From positions 18,538,001-18,602,000 of the forward strand of contig CM022671.1 in assembly GCA_012295275.1 (NCBI GenBank): a stretch of 64,000 nt of DNA. Reading direction: 5' to 3'. Source of the DNA: Chrysomallon squamiferum (taxonomy: Eukaryota > Animalia > Mollusca). Numbering within the stretch: the stretch's first letter is position 1; each line of letters begins with the position of its first letter. The position numbers were made by a program, and so were the translations under genes. Of the stretch, positions 1 to 12,700 are shown piece after piece. The notes under the pieces were generated by a model. That model was given only the letters and a program-made list of their open reading frames with translations, had not been told where the DNA came from and did not search any database.

Positions 1-930
1 AAAAGGAGCATGTCTTTTGTTTTCTAGATAAAATCACTCATTTTGAACTTGTAGACAAAGGCAAATGTTCTGAAGAAGTTAGCAGTCAAAAAGCTATGTA
101 AAAGTTAATGTATCTTCATCATCATCATTCTTTCTTTATCCATCAGTGAAATGTTTTCACTTTTACTTGATGAATTAACAAACATTTCTAAAGAGGGAAA
201 AGTGACAACAATATGTACTTTCTGTATTAATAACATCTTTTCTTTTGCTATATAATAATCATCATCATCATCATCATCATCGTCAAACCTACTAAGTAAA
301 TGGATTTCAGATATTAACCAAAAAATATCTACTTACATTAAAAAGCTTTTGTTATATTATAATAATAATAATAATAATAATAAAGACAATTAAAGTACCA
401 TACTGTAACTAATGAAATATAATATTAAAAACATATAAAACATTTAATTGTTAAAAACTTTTAATAATAGTAAATAATAAATAATAAACAATAATTGTCA
501 TCATCATCACAACCACTCTGAATAATTAAACAAAATTTTAAAAACTTACGTAACACTCACAAAGGAAATCTTCTCTTAACTCAAAAAAAAATTTCAAAAA
601 CTTTCTGCACACTGCAGTGATTAAAACTTTAAGCAGTGGTGGAGAGATGATTTCTGAGGCTATTTTCTGTTTATTAAGCTATTTATAAATAGTTTATCAC
701 AAGTGCTAAATGCAGCCTGCCTTCAACCTCTCTGTACTCCATTAGATACATCTCCAGAACAGCTTGGCTTTCAGCCATGGTATTAGAATGGATTAAATGT
801 CTTAACAAATATATTAATGGCTCAAGTAGCTGAGTAGAAGTGAGTTGATTAAATAACTTGTTTAAAAGTAAAACGAAGAATGGACTGTTGAGATGAGAAA
901 TAGAAAAAGGTAAATCTGTGGCAGACATGT

Positions 931-1062
<132 letters not shown>

Positions 1063-1719
1063 CGTATGGTTGAGTCATCAGAGAACAAAGAAGAAAACAA
1101 ATAAATTAATGTATCTACAATAAAACAGTGCCCTATTTGGATATATTTTTAAGAAACTACACACATACATGCATACACAAACACACACATGGACAAACAT
1201 ACCCTGATGTATACATACACAAATGCATACACACATACATGGACAAATACACAGACATACACAAAAACACACACACACAAGTGACACATTATTAAATAAA
1301 AAGAAGAAAGATCTTCTTTATTTTTGTAATAAATGTTTGATTAAATGTTATCTAAATTTATTATATTTCACTTGGTGTTTTTGTAAATTAATATTAACAT
1401 GAATATGTGCAGTCTATGAAAATATGAAAGAAACAAATACCTAAAGATAAGTTAATAACAAAAATCCCAGATACATCTAAATACAAACTCCTGTAAATCT
1501 ACGTTCATACCTCCATATTTTTTTTATAATTAAAGATAGGAATTATGCTTTAAAATTCTTTATACAAGTTATTAATATCCCTTCTTAAATAAAAAAAAAA
1601 ATAAATAAATAAATAAATAAAATAAACAAGTTTAAAAAAAAAAAAAAAACTTAATACTATCTAAAAATAACGAATGGGAATTTAATTGGTTTTCATTACA
1701 GTTACATTTTTTAAATAAA

Positions 1720-2310
1720 ACTGAAGCATATTCTTATAAAACTAGTCTGAATTTTGTTATCTGCACTATAATGACATCAATATTATCTGGTTTGTTTAGT
1801 GTTTTTGTTCTTGCTTTTATATATATATATATATATATATATTTAAACTTTCATGATTAATTAAAAAAATTATGTATTGTAAAGCATTTTCTACAAAACT
1901 AGTCTGAATTTAATTATTTTCATGCAGTTATATAAATATTTGATTGTTATATAATTGTTGTTGTTGTTGTTGTTGTTTTTCAATGCACTTTCACACAATA
2001 ATACTTTATAAAAAGTTTTTTTTTTAGTTTTCCAACAAATCGGTCTGAATTTCACTGCTGCTGTGTTTGTGATGTTAAATGTTAATGTAATTACATGGCA
2101 CCTCTAACAGCTGCCTAACTCCTTACATACCAAGGTAGGCCATCATTTATTTTCAACTCAAAGCTATTAATAGTAAGTAGCAGCTTCAGCTGAAAATTGC
2201 AGTTAAATGAGTCAGCAAAGAAAATCTGGAAAACGAAGCATATTTCTTTCCTTTTTTTTTTTTAAACATAAAAAAAAAAAAGTTTCAACGAATTAGTCTG
2301 AACCTGTCAG
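1720..2310. repeat. Degenerate ~150-bp tandem repeat in a paxillin intron
   Basis: Core aaactagtctgaattt and variants recur at ~1738, 1896, 2037 and 2290, some preceded by gcata/gcatt. Confidence 0.6.
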
Positions 2311-2884
2311 ATTTGAAGTTTCTAAAGTGTATATTGAAATAAAGAAAGACAGACTGAACGAAAAGAAAATGTAGCTGGAATATATGACTCATAACAATTT
2401 TTATTTTTTTATTTAGTTTTAAAAACATGAAATTTAGTTTTTAGTGTTTTTGTGCTTTTTTGACAAGACTGGTATATTTAGGAAGTAAATGTCAATGTTA
2501 ATAAATTTTTTTTTTTTTTTTTTTTAAATCAATGTAAAAGATAATCATTTGATTACTGGAGTTGTATATGAGTAAGAAGAGATTAAAATATAAATAACAA
2601 ATAAATAACAAAATTAACTTTTTTTTTAAATTGAGAATTTGAAAGAAGTAAATAAATAATAATAATAATTTGACAAGTTTAATTTCTCTCTAACTTAATC
2701 AAATGCATTGTCTAGGTGCAATATTTTCAAAAATGCTTTTTTAATTTTTTTTTTTTTTAAATTTACTTGAATTTAAATTTTAAAACTTTCTTTGCTACAA
2801 TAACTATTTTAATTTTCAAAAAAATGTATTACAATAAATAAATAATTTAATACAGCATCTCCAACCAGCTCTATTTTAAATTCT

Positions 2885-2916
<32 letters not shown>

Positions 2917-5381
2917 TTACACAAATTACCATGACATTTTCCCAACCCCATCAAGCAAACACATAGTAAACGAACTGGCTTAAACTTTCAAATCTGATAT
3001 GCAGTCATAGTTTAGAATGAAACATTTGCGAAACAAAAATCTGAAACATCACTGATATTTCAGAACAAGACATTAGTTCTGAGATGTTGAGATATTTCAG
3101 AAGGATACAGTTGCTGTACAAGCCTGCTGTGATGAATTTAATTACCTTGTTGCAGCTAATGGTAAAAACAAATTTAAAATTCGTGCAGCTGTTGTTACAG
3201 AGAGATGAAGAATCAGAAAATGTCTCCACTGGTATTAAAAGGATTATTGATAAATGAAACAGATGCAGATTTTCAAAACTATGTTTTATGTAACTTACAG
3301 ATTTTTGTGACAAATGGTTTTTGAAATACATGTTACTCATTTGATAGGTCTAAGCTGGGATTCACTGAAAGGAATAGATTTTCTTACTACAATGCACACA
3401 TGTTATTTATCTATAAATATACTTTCTTATTATAATGCATAGCCTATATATTATTTATATGTAAACAGACTTTCTTATTATAATGCATATAGAGTTGTGT
3501 TTATGTAACTCAATTTTCTTGTTGTAACTCATGTATTTTCTTATTTAATTCATGTAATTTCATAATTAATGCAAATATTTTATGATTTTTAGCTTATAAA
3601 TTTCTCTTTTTTTTTATCTCAAACATTTTCATAATTTAATTCATAGATTTTCTTATTTCAGTTCATGTAAATTCTTATTTTAACTGTTTCATTTCCTTAA
3701 TTTAACTTCAAATTTTTACTCAAATATGTTCTGAAATATTTGAAGTAAAATGTATTCTTAAATCTCAACTTGAGTTCTTCTGAACTGTTTTTTATATTCT
3801 GTCAACTCCTGGAACGTTCAACAAACTATTTCTTTGCTTTTTGCTATTCTTTTTTTTTCCTCAATGAACATTTGTAGAGTTTGTTTAAATGTCAAAGCAA
3901 ATATAATACATATTTTATGACGGTTTCAGTTACATACATGTACATGTGTAGATGTGAATTCAAACTATGTTGTATAAACCAGATAATCAATATATATACA
4001 TATAAATTTCAAAAATTTAAAAACATTTTGCTATAATTTTTCTTCCAAACAATTTGAAAACTAATCATATTACATTTCTTATTTTTCCTTATGATCTTTA
4101 TATATCTCTGTACAATTGTTGCAATTAATAAATATACAAATATACAAAATGTTTTAGGAGCTTATTAACAAATATACTGAATGGAAATGTAAAATTAAAT
4201 AATAATACTTACATTCTACATTATCATCCATCTTTTGATTTCAAAGCACACTAATTATCAAAATTAATAAAAGCTAGTTGTAGTAATATGTAAGACAGAC
4301 TGACAGTTTTTTCAGAACAATGACAAATGAGGAAGAAACTGGGTGAGCATCATTTTAATAAAATTTTCACTTCCTGTTCGACTTGATTTCTGTTCCTAAT
4401 TTATTCTAGACAAAGGTTTCACTTCTCTTTCAGTAAATATTGAAGTATGTGCAGTGAAAATTAACTTAATGTGCTTTACAAAAATAAAATATTAAAACTG
4501 TTATGCTAAGTTTTATAAACAAAAGAGTAAGACTAATTTTCTTTATATTTGAGGGGAGAATAAAAAATCGAAAAATTAAAAAATTTAGTAAGTTAACCAT
4601 TACTTGTAAGTGAAATAATAATAAAAAATGTTGACAATATTTCGACTGCTTGTTTAGGGTACAAAATGTTTGAAGTTACATAACACTGATAAGCTAATAA
4701 CATTTTGTTGACAAGCTGTCAGTTTTGAGTTAAGACAAGAATGTTTCTTCTTCAGAAGTTGGCCAATAAAATGAACAAAGATGAGTTTATTAAGAGAGAT
4801 AAATATGGTTGTATATCAACATTTATCTTTATAATAGCAACAAACAATATATAATACTGTTAAATTTTAAGAAAAGAAAGAAAGAAAGAAAGAAAGAAAA
4901 AGAAAAGAAAAAAAAAAAATATATATATATGTTTATATATAAGCCTTTGGTGATACAAAGAAATTGTCTAAATATGTTCTACATACTTCCAAGTTCTGTT
5001 TCATTTATATTTTGCTATCCAGTCTTAATTAATAATGAATTAATACAACAGAAAACAGATTTAAAATATCAGGAAGCAGTCATTTTTTTGTAATAATGAT
5101 ATCATCATTAACAGGATGCAAAAATTTGTTCTAAATTTAGTTTCATCTTGTACATTGAGAAATTATTACAGCTATCAATCCTCATGACATTATGACTGCA
5201 CTGTTAGGTAGTAAAACGGCAGCAGTCATATCTTTAGTCAAAATATTATTTCATTTTCATGCAAGTAATGACAGACCATCGAAAAACAATACAATAATAA
5301 TTTAGAAGTACGAAAGATTTTTATGAGACCTTTCATTCATATCACCAACAGTATATTATAAAGATGTAAAACAAAAATAAC

Positions 5382-6913
5382 CTGGATGTTTTTTGTCGAC
5401 TTCCGCTATAAACTGAGCTGAGTTGAGATCTTGGAGGAGCTGATCAAGCTCTGTTAGGTTGCTGCTTAGTTGTGACATTCCTTGCTGGTGACGACCTTTC
5501 TCGGGAAATGCGTCTGAACTCTGAGATGTGTCGGAACCCGGAGTCGTTTCTCTCATACGGAAATTCTGAGGCTCGTAGATTGGCTGGAATGAAAAAAAAA
5601 TCATTTCTTTAATGATTTAAATTTTAAAAATTTTTAAAATTTAAAAAAAAAATTAATAACATTTTAAAAAAAAAAATAAAAATAAAGAATATGTCAGTGA
5701 TAACAGGCACAGTTGTAAACGAAGGAAAGAAAGTAAAATTGTAAGCTGTGAGAGTCCATGATATGTGTTTTTGCAATCAGAAAATACAATTACAATGGTA
5801 GAAAATACAACAGTGCAATGTGTGAAATTACTATTTTTCTCTTCTGTTATATGATGCACTTTCCAGTATTATAATTAATGTAACATAATGAATTTAGAAC
5901 TTGAAAGGATAAGATAATAGTAATAATCAATTATAAATCTATATAATTATATTTAAAAAAACTGAAAGAAAAGAAACAGGATGCAAAGAAAAAATAATGA
6001 CATTAATATTACCATTGTAAAAAGATATTAAATTTAAAAAAGGAATTAACATCACAACACATTTTTCACACTGATATTCATTAACATTCTAAAAAAACTT
6101 TTTTTTGCTAAATATATTCATAAACATATTTAAAACCCCAAAAATTATCAAACAAAGCAATTTGATTACACATTTTCAATAATTTTTTTTTAAATTTACT
6201 CACTTCTTATTCTTACAACTGATGTAAAAATTCCAAGAAATCAACCAGGATTAGCGTACCAACTAAACCAGTAGGCTAATACCACTAAACCAGTAAACAC
6301 ATTACTCCATCAAAAAAACACAGTAAACAGCTCTGTATGAAATAAACCAATAAACAGTACTAAACCAGTAAACAACACTTTATAATCCAAACCAATTAGC
6401 AGTACTAAATGAACAAAACAAATAAAAATATTAAATGAAGCAAACCAATGAAGAGCGTTGTATGAACTGGTCAACTTCCGTATGTTAAAAGCACACTTAC
6501 CTAAAACTACCACTGCACATGTGAAAGTCTTACTTGAGTGCCACTTAATGATACATCTACATGAAGATGTAAACATGATGGCGCTTACTTCCTGTACGCC
6601 AAGCACAAACTTATTAACAACTGAGATAAGACAGGCTTGTCGGGTTTCAAAGCAAAATACCTGAATCTTTAGTCACTTCATAAATTAATTTTAAATTTTA
6701 TTACTAATAAATGTGATTATTATATGATGATGATGAAATACACTGATCACTTTAGTCATAAATTATTTTTAAATTGTATCATTAATATCATAAATGTGAC
6801 GATAATAGTAATACAATAACAACAATAATAATAAACATTACTCTCAGTTTAGTTAGAAATTAATTTGTATATTTTATTATTAATATTGTAAGTGTGACTG
6901 TATTTATCATTAC

Positions 6914-6946
<33 letters not shown>

Positions 6947-8284
6947 TATTATTATTATTATTATCAACAAAATAAAAACTATTTCAGGTTTCTTAACTTT
7001 AGTATTATTATCTTTATTATACACAACAAGTTGTATTATCATAGCTGTTTATTTACTTTAACCTTTTTATTTATTTATTGTAATTCAGTTTTAATAATTA
7101 CAAATTCCAATGATTTTTATAATTAACACTAATCCATAAAAACTGTCTTTACCTTTACACAAATGAAACAATGGTTTTAATCTTGATAAAAATGTGAATA
7201 AATAACAATTATTATGAATGTCAATTATTTAAAATGTAATTATTCTTTGCCCAATAACTAAATTATTAACATCATCATATATTTATTTTATTTATTTCTA
7301 TTTTTTTGTTATACTATCTAGATGAATGAATAAACAAGAATTTAAATTAATTATTATGAATATCAATTATTTTAAAACATTTTTTTTTGGTTTACTATCA
7401 CATTAAATTTCACCTATCATTACTATGCCCTAAAATGTTTGTTTTACTTTTCCCAAATAAAATAACTAATTTTATATCATCTGGAAACATGAATAAAAAT
7501 AAGACTAAATTAGTATATAACAATTATTATGATCACCAATTTTAGTTAGTGTACATGATTTTACTAAATCTGAATGGAATGAAATAATCATATAAACTAC
7601 TGTACTACACCATGCCTGTTTGTAATAAATTTTAAGGTCAAGTACAGACAGTGGTGATGTTAAGCCTGTGATGATGTTAACCCTGTGGATGCTGATGGGA
7701 GATACCACAGATGTCAAAACAAATGAAGAACACAAACTGTGGAGTCAGGGGTTATGAAACTGTAAACAGAAATAACCTATACAGTGCTTTGACCTTCACA
7801 AGTGGTACACCTGGGACATAAAAAGAATGCTTTGTTATAGTGTGAGTGGGCGTGTGGGTGTGTTTGTGTGTGTGTGTGTGTGTGTGTTGGTATATTAACT
7901 GCAAATCTATTTATAATTTTAGGTGAGGTTATTTGTGTAAATTTTTATGCAATATGCATGTTTACTTAATAGATCAAAATTTACTTCTAATATACACATA
8001 TACCTGTGCATTGACACGTAGCATTATAGTTTTAAATGATGAGGAAGTAATTATAATTTTTAATTAATATCAGGGGATGTGATAAAATCCAGTAAAGCAC
8101 AACAAATCTAGTTATAATTAATTTTCAAACAAACACTGCTGTAAAGATAAGACAGAAAAAATATTATGAACTTCAGCTAAGGATATGAAACATTTAGGAA
8201 AAAAAATAAATGCTTCCTAAAAACAAATTTGTTTTTATTTAGAATATTTTCAAAAAATTCCTTGCTTCTAATTCTACTGAAAAC

Positions 8285-8322
<38 letters not shown>

Positions 8323-9104
8323 AAAGTAAATAAATATGGAATATTTCTACAAGCAACCTTTCTTTGTCTGGCTCGCTCTCACCTCTTTCTTTATTTCACT
8401 CACTCTCCCTAGCACTCTTTCTCTCTCATGCACATATACAATTCACATAAAGACAGAGAAAGAGAAAAACATACTCTGGTATAAACTTTATCAAACTTTG
8501 GACATTATTTACTCCTCAACTTAATATGAACTTTTTCCAAACACTCCAAATCAAACCATTTTATCTACAGTTATTAAGAAAGCTCGGCAAACTTTTAGTA
8601 GCAACATTAACAAAACAATAACAGTATGATGATTAACATTCTTTCCGTCAAGTGGCTGGTTTTGGCAATAATGGGTGCAGACATTATCAGCATAGTTTCT
8701 ATACTTCCTCATGGTGGCTGATACTTGAGTGGGTACAGAAATAGACAGAGATGAAAAATAGAAAAATAAAAATAGAAATAAAATGTGGGTGTAAAGCAAA
8801 GAAGAAAGAAAGAGAAAAAAAAGGAGTGGTTTATTAATGTGTACCTTTTAAATACTTACAAGTTTGTTCTATTTTTTTTTTTTTTTTTTTTTTTTTTGCC
8901 TCCTGAACTTTAATTAATAATAAAGTCTAATAACGAAAGAGTTGAAATGAGTTTAAAGATATCTGCAAGCCACCATTTTTCTGCAATTGTGAGTTATCAA
9001 ATATTGGCTACAGTTTCTTTTGAAGTTATCAAAAAAATATAATTGTCAGCCAATAGAAGATAACGTCACAAATCCAGTTGTGAAGGAATGTAATGGTATG
9101 AAAG

Positions 9105-9165
<61 letters not shown>

Positions 9166-9674
9166 TTAATTTGACCATTTATTTTATATGATGACAACAC
9201 CATGTTAAAACTATACATTTGTAATAAGAGAATAATTTTTAATATATTATATACATAATTCATTACTAATCTGAGAATTTGTGATATATGTTGACTGCAC
9301 CTTGTGACTCAGAAAGAAAGAGGAAGCCAGTACTTAAAGACAACACTTAAGAGGCTTGTATTTATGCATATACATGTACATGTGTGCATATTATTTCTAT
9401 AATTTATGTAGTACAAATATTTTAACTACTGTAACAATGAATTATATTGTTAAAATGTTGGGACATGTTTGTGACAGGTTCAGTTATTTATGTCTGACAT
9501 TATTTTATGTAACTCTAAACATACTAAAGTCAACACTTACAGAATTATGTAAAAAATTAAATAAATATTTTTAAAAGAATAAGTTAAACTTATTTTTAGT
9601 TAGAATATATTTTATATTTTTTCCCCCTTTATTTTGAAAAAGTTAAATAGTTATAAAATATTTCTATAAAATAT

Positions 9675-9738
<64 letters not shown>

Positions 9739-12700
9739 ACCTTTCTTTTTGTCTATAATTAAACTATTAGGGTTTTGCTCTAATATATTTGAACAATTAA
9801 TAATCAGGCTAATTATTATCTAACATACCAACTGTGTTTGAGATTAAAAACTGAAGAAATTTTTTGTTCTTCAATCACTTTGTTCAGTGAAGTGTAATTA
9901 GAATTGGATCCTCTAAGAAAAAAAAAAGGGGAAGATAATAATGACAGGTTTCTTGGAATTTTATGTTTGGTTCTGACATAAAGCAACAGTTGTCTCAGCC
10001 AGCTTCAGTTAAGTTTTAACAGGTGAACATCCAAAATAAACATTACATGTTCAAATTGGCAGGTGTAACAAAGTTAACTGAGAAACTAAGCTAATTAATG
10101 TTACTCCAGAAAAAAAGATTTAATTATCTTACAAACTAGTATGGTTCGAAATATATTAATAACAAGCTGATGCAAAATTTGGAATTTATTTGATTCCTTT
10201 TTATTAAATACCTTCAGTTTTTCATAAACCAGAATCAAAGCTAAATTTTCATCCATAACTGAAGATGAAAGAAAAATATAAAAAATCACCATTTTTCATA
10301 ATTATTACATTCCAAATCTTGGCAAATGATTTAGGGGAGGAGAAGAAAATATACTGACAAATCACTGACCTGATCTATCACTCTGGGTGGGGGTAGGCTG
10401 TCTAGGACCTCCTGGGGTGGAGGAGGAGGAAGGGGTGGTGTGGAGCTGCGTGAGTCTCGCTCAGAAGCGGAGCTGTCGCGGTTGTTGTTGATCACAACGG
10501 GTGCAGGCTGGCTGATAGTGTGCTGGTACGTAGATATATGAGCAGTGGTTGACTGCAAATCAGCAAGCAGAGCATCTGGAACAAATTAGAAAAAAAGACT
10601 GAGTACAATGTAAACAAACCAACTGTGTATTTTTCTTCTGGAATTGCTTATTGCCTTCCTTGACATACTTAATGCAATAAATTGATTTACAAAAACAAAC
10701 ACAAGAAGAAAAAAAACAAAAAAAAAAACTATATTTTTTTCCCTTTACAATAAATATATTCTCATCTACTTGAGAATGGTAGTCATTAAGCAGTTAATAC
10801 TAAGGAATAATTCTTTAGAAGATAAAAATAAATAAATAAATAAATAAATGAACATACATAAAAAGAGGACTGAAAAAGAGGTTTCTTGTACAAAAATATT
10901 TCAAATGAAAAACCAGATTCAAAATATATTATTTCTTAACAACATTTATATATCAATTTGTATAAATTTAACAAGCTCATAATTTTGATTTTGTAACATT
11001 TACACTGATATCAATTCTCAGATCTGATATATTCATTTTACGAGACAAGAAAAGTAGTAAACAACAAATTATCAAGATTTATTCTTAAAAAGTTGAATAA
11101 ATAAACAGAAAATAATTATTTTTTTATTTTTTATTTTTTTTAAATTTAATAACTCTGAGGTAACCCAGTTCTACTGATCTGACAGTTAATGTTTACAGAA
11201 AGTATAAAAACTAAATGTCTTTTTCAGTTTAAGTATACAGTGTAAATTTCTGGTGTGAGAAGGCAGTGATTTTACTGATTATCCAGCAAAGTCTAGAGCA
11301 ATGATAGAGATTGATATCACATGGCGAAAAAATATAATTTTTATTCTAATTTTAAGTCTGGGTGGTGTGTTATAAAACACATTAAAAAAAAAATTTAATA
11401 ATAAAAATAAAAGACAAACATGAAATTTAAACTATTAATTTTTTGAATATGAAGATATGAAATAATTGTATCAGAATGTAACTATTAGCAATAATGATAA
11501 TGATGATAATAATAATAATAATAATAATTAAATTATTAAAAAAAAAAAAAGCATTTTAAAATAATTCAGATAGAAGATATTTCTATCTGGTTCAGTATAT
11601 ATGTTCTGCATGTCGAATCAGTGACATCATTAACAACCAAAATAAATCTTTAATGGTCACCTGTAATTTAATTAATTTTCATTCTTAATGCAAAACTTTG
11701 GAATATCCAAGTTCATATTATCCATTTAAAATAAAATAAATATATGATTTGTTTTGGTTATGGGTTTTTTTTGGTATTCTTATCTTTGTAACATTCAGTT
11801 TCCTATTATTATCCTATTTCAGTCTACAAAGAGAGAAATAGTATTGTTTTCAATATGCCTAATAACATTTTGTTAATTTATTAGAAAATACATGTTGTTT
11901 GTTTGAATTTTTTGGGGGAGGGGATTTTCCTGGTTTGTTTTTTTCAGTATTCATATCTAGAGAACTTTGGAATATTCATTTTCTTATCCTGTTTCAATCC
12001 AAAAAGAAAGAGATAGTGTTGTATTTGATATCTATTAATTTCTAAATAAATATATGTTTGTTACTTTAGTATTTTTTATCTATGCTTCAGTTGTGTAACT
12101 ATCCTATACTACTGCATACAATGCAACTGAATACATCGCGGAGAAATAAAAAATATATAAATGGGAAGGCTGTTTGTGTTGAATATAAAATATGCTTGGC
12201 ACACAATGTATGCAATGTACCAGTGGAATATACAGTTGTAAACAAAGGTTGTTCAGCAGGTGTCTGTTTGTATACGTGGTTTGTTCTGGAAAGGTTACCT
12301 TTATATATCCATGTACTAGTTATTTTATTTATAAATTTTTATTTCATGGACCAGCAAATTTCTGTATTTATAATGATATTACATGAAGTACAAGATAAAA
12401 TTATAAATGTTTAAAATGTAAATAAAATATTTCTGCAATGTATACATTTCTAATTATGTTACTCTGGAAATTTTTGCTTAGGATACACCTGATACATGGT
12501 GAAAATAAATCTAATAAAGCTCTTAAAAAAGGATAAAAAGAGAGAGCATACTGACTCATTTTTTAAATTTTTTACCTTAATTAAAATAACAAACAATAAA
12601 TAAATCTGAAAATAGCCTGTTCTGAATGTTAAATAGTCATCTAAAATGCTTTTAACAAACAAACAAAGAAACAAAAATCATTTTGAAATCTGCATACAAA

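Noticed and set aside
3005-3340. 111-aa minus-strand ORF in a paxillin intron
   Set aside because: No recognisable motif, and the frame is not joined to paxillin by compatible splice sites.
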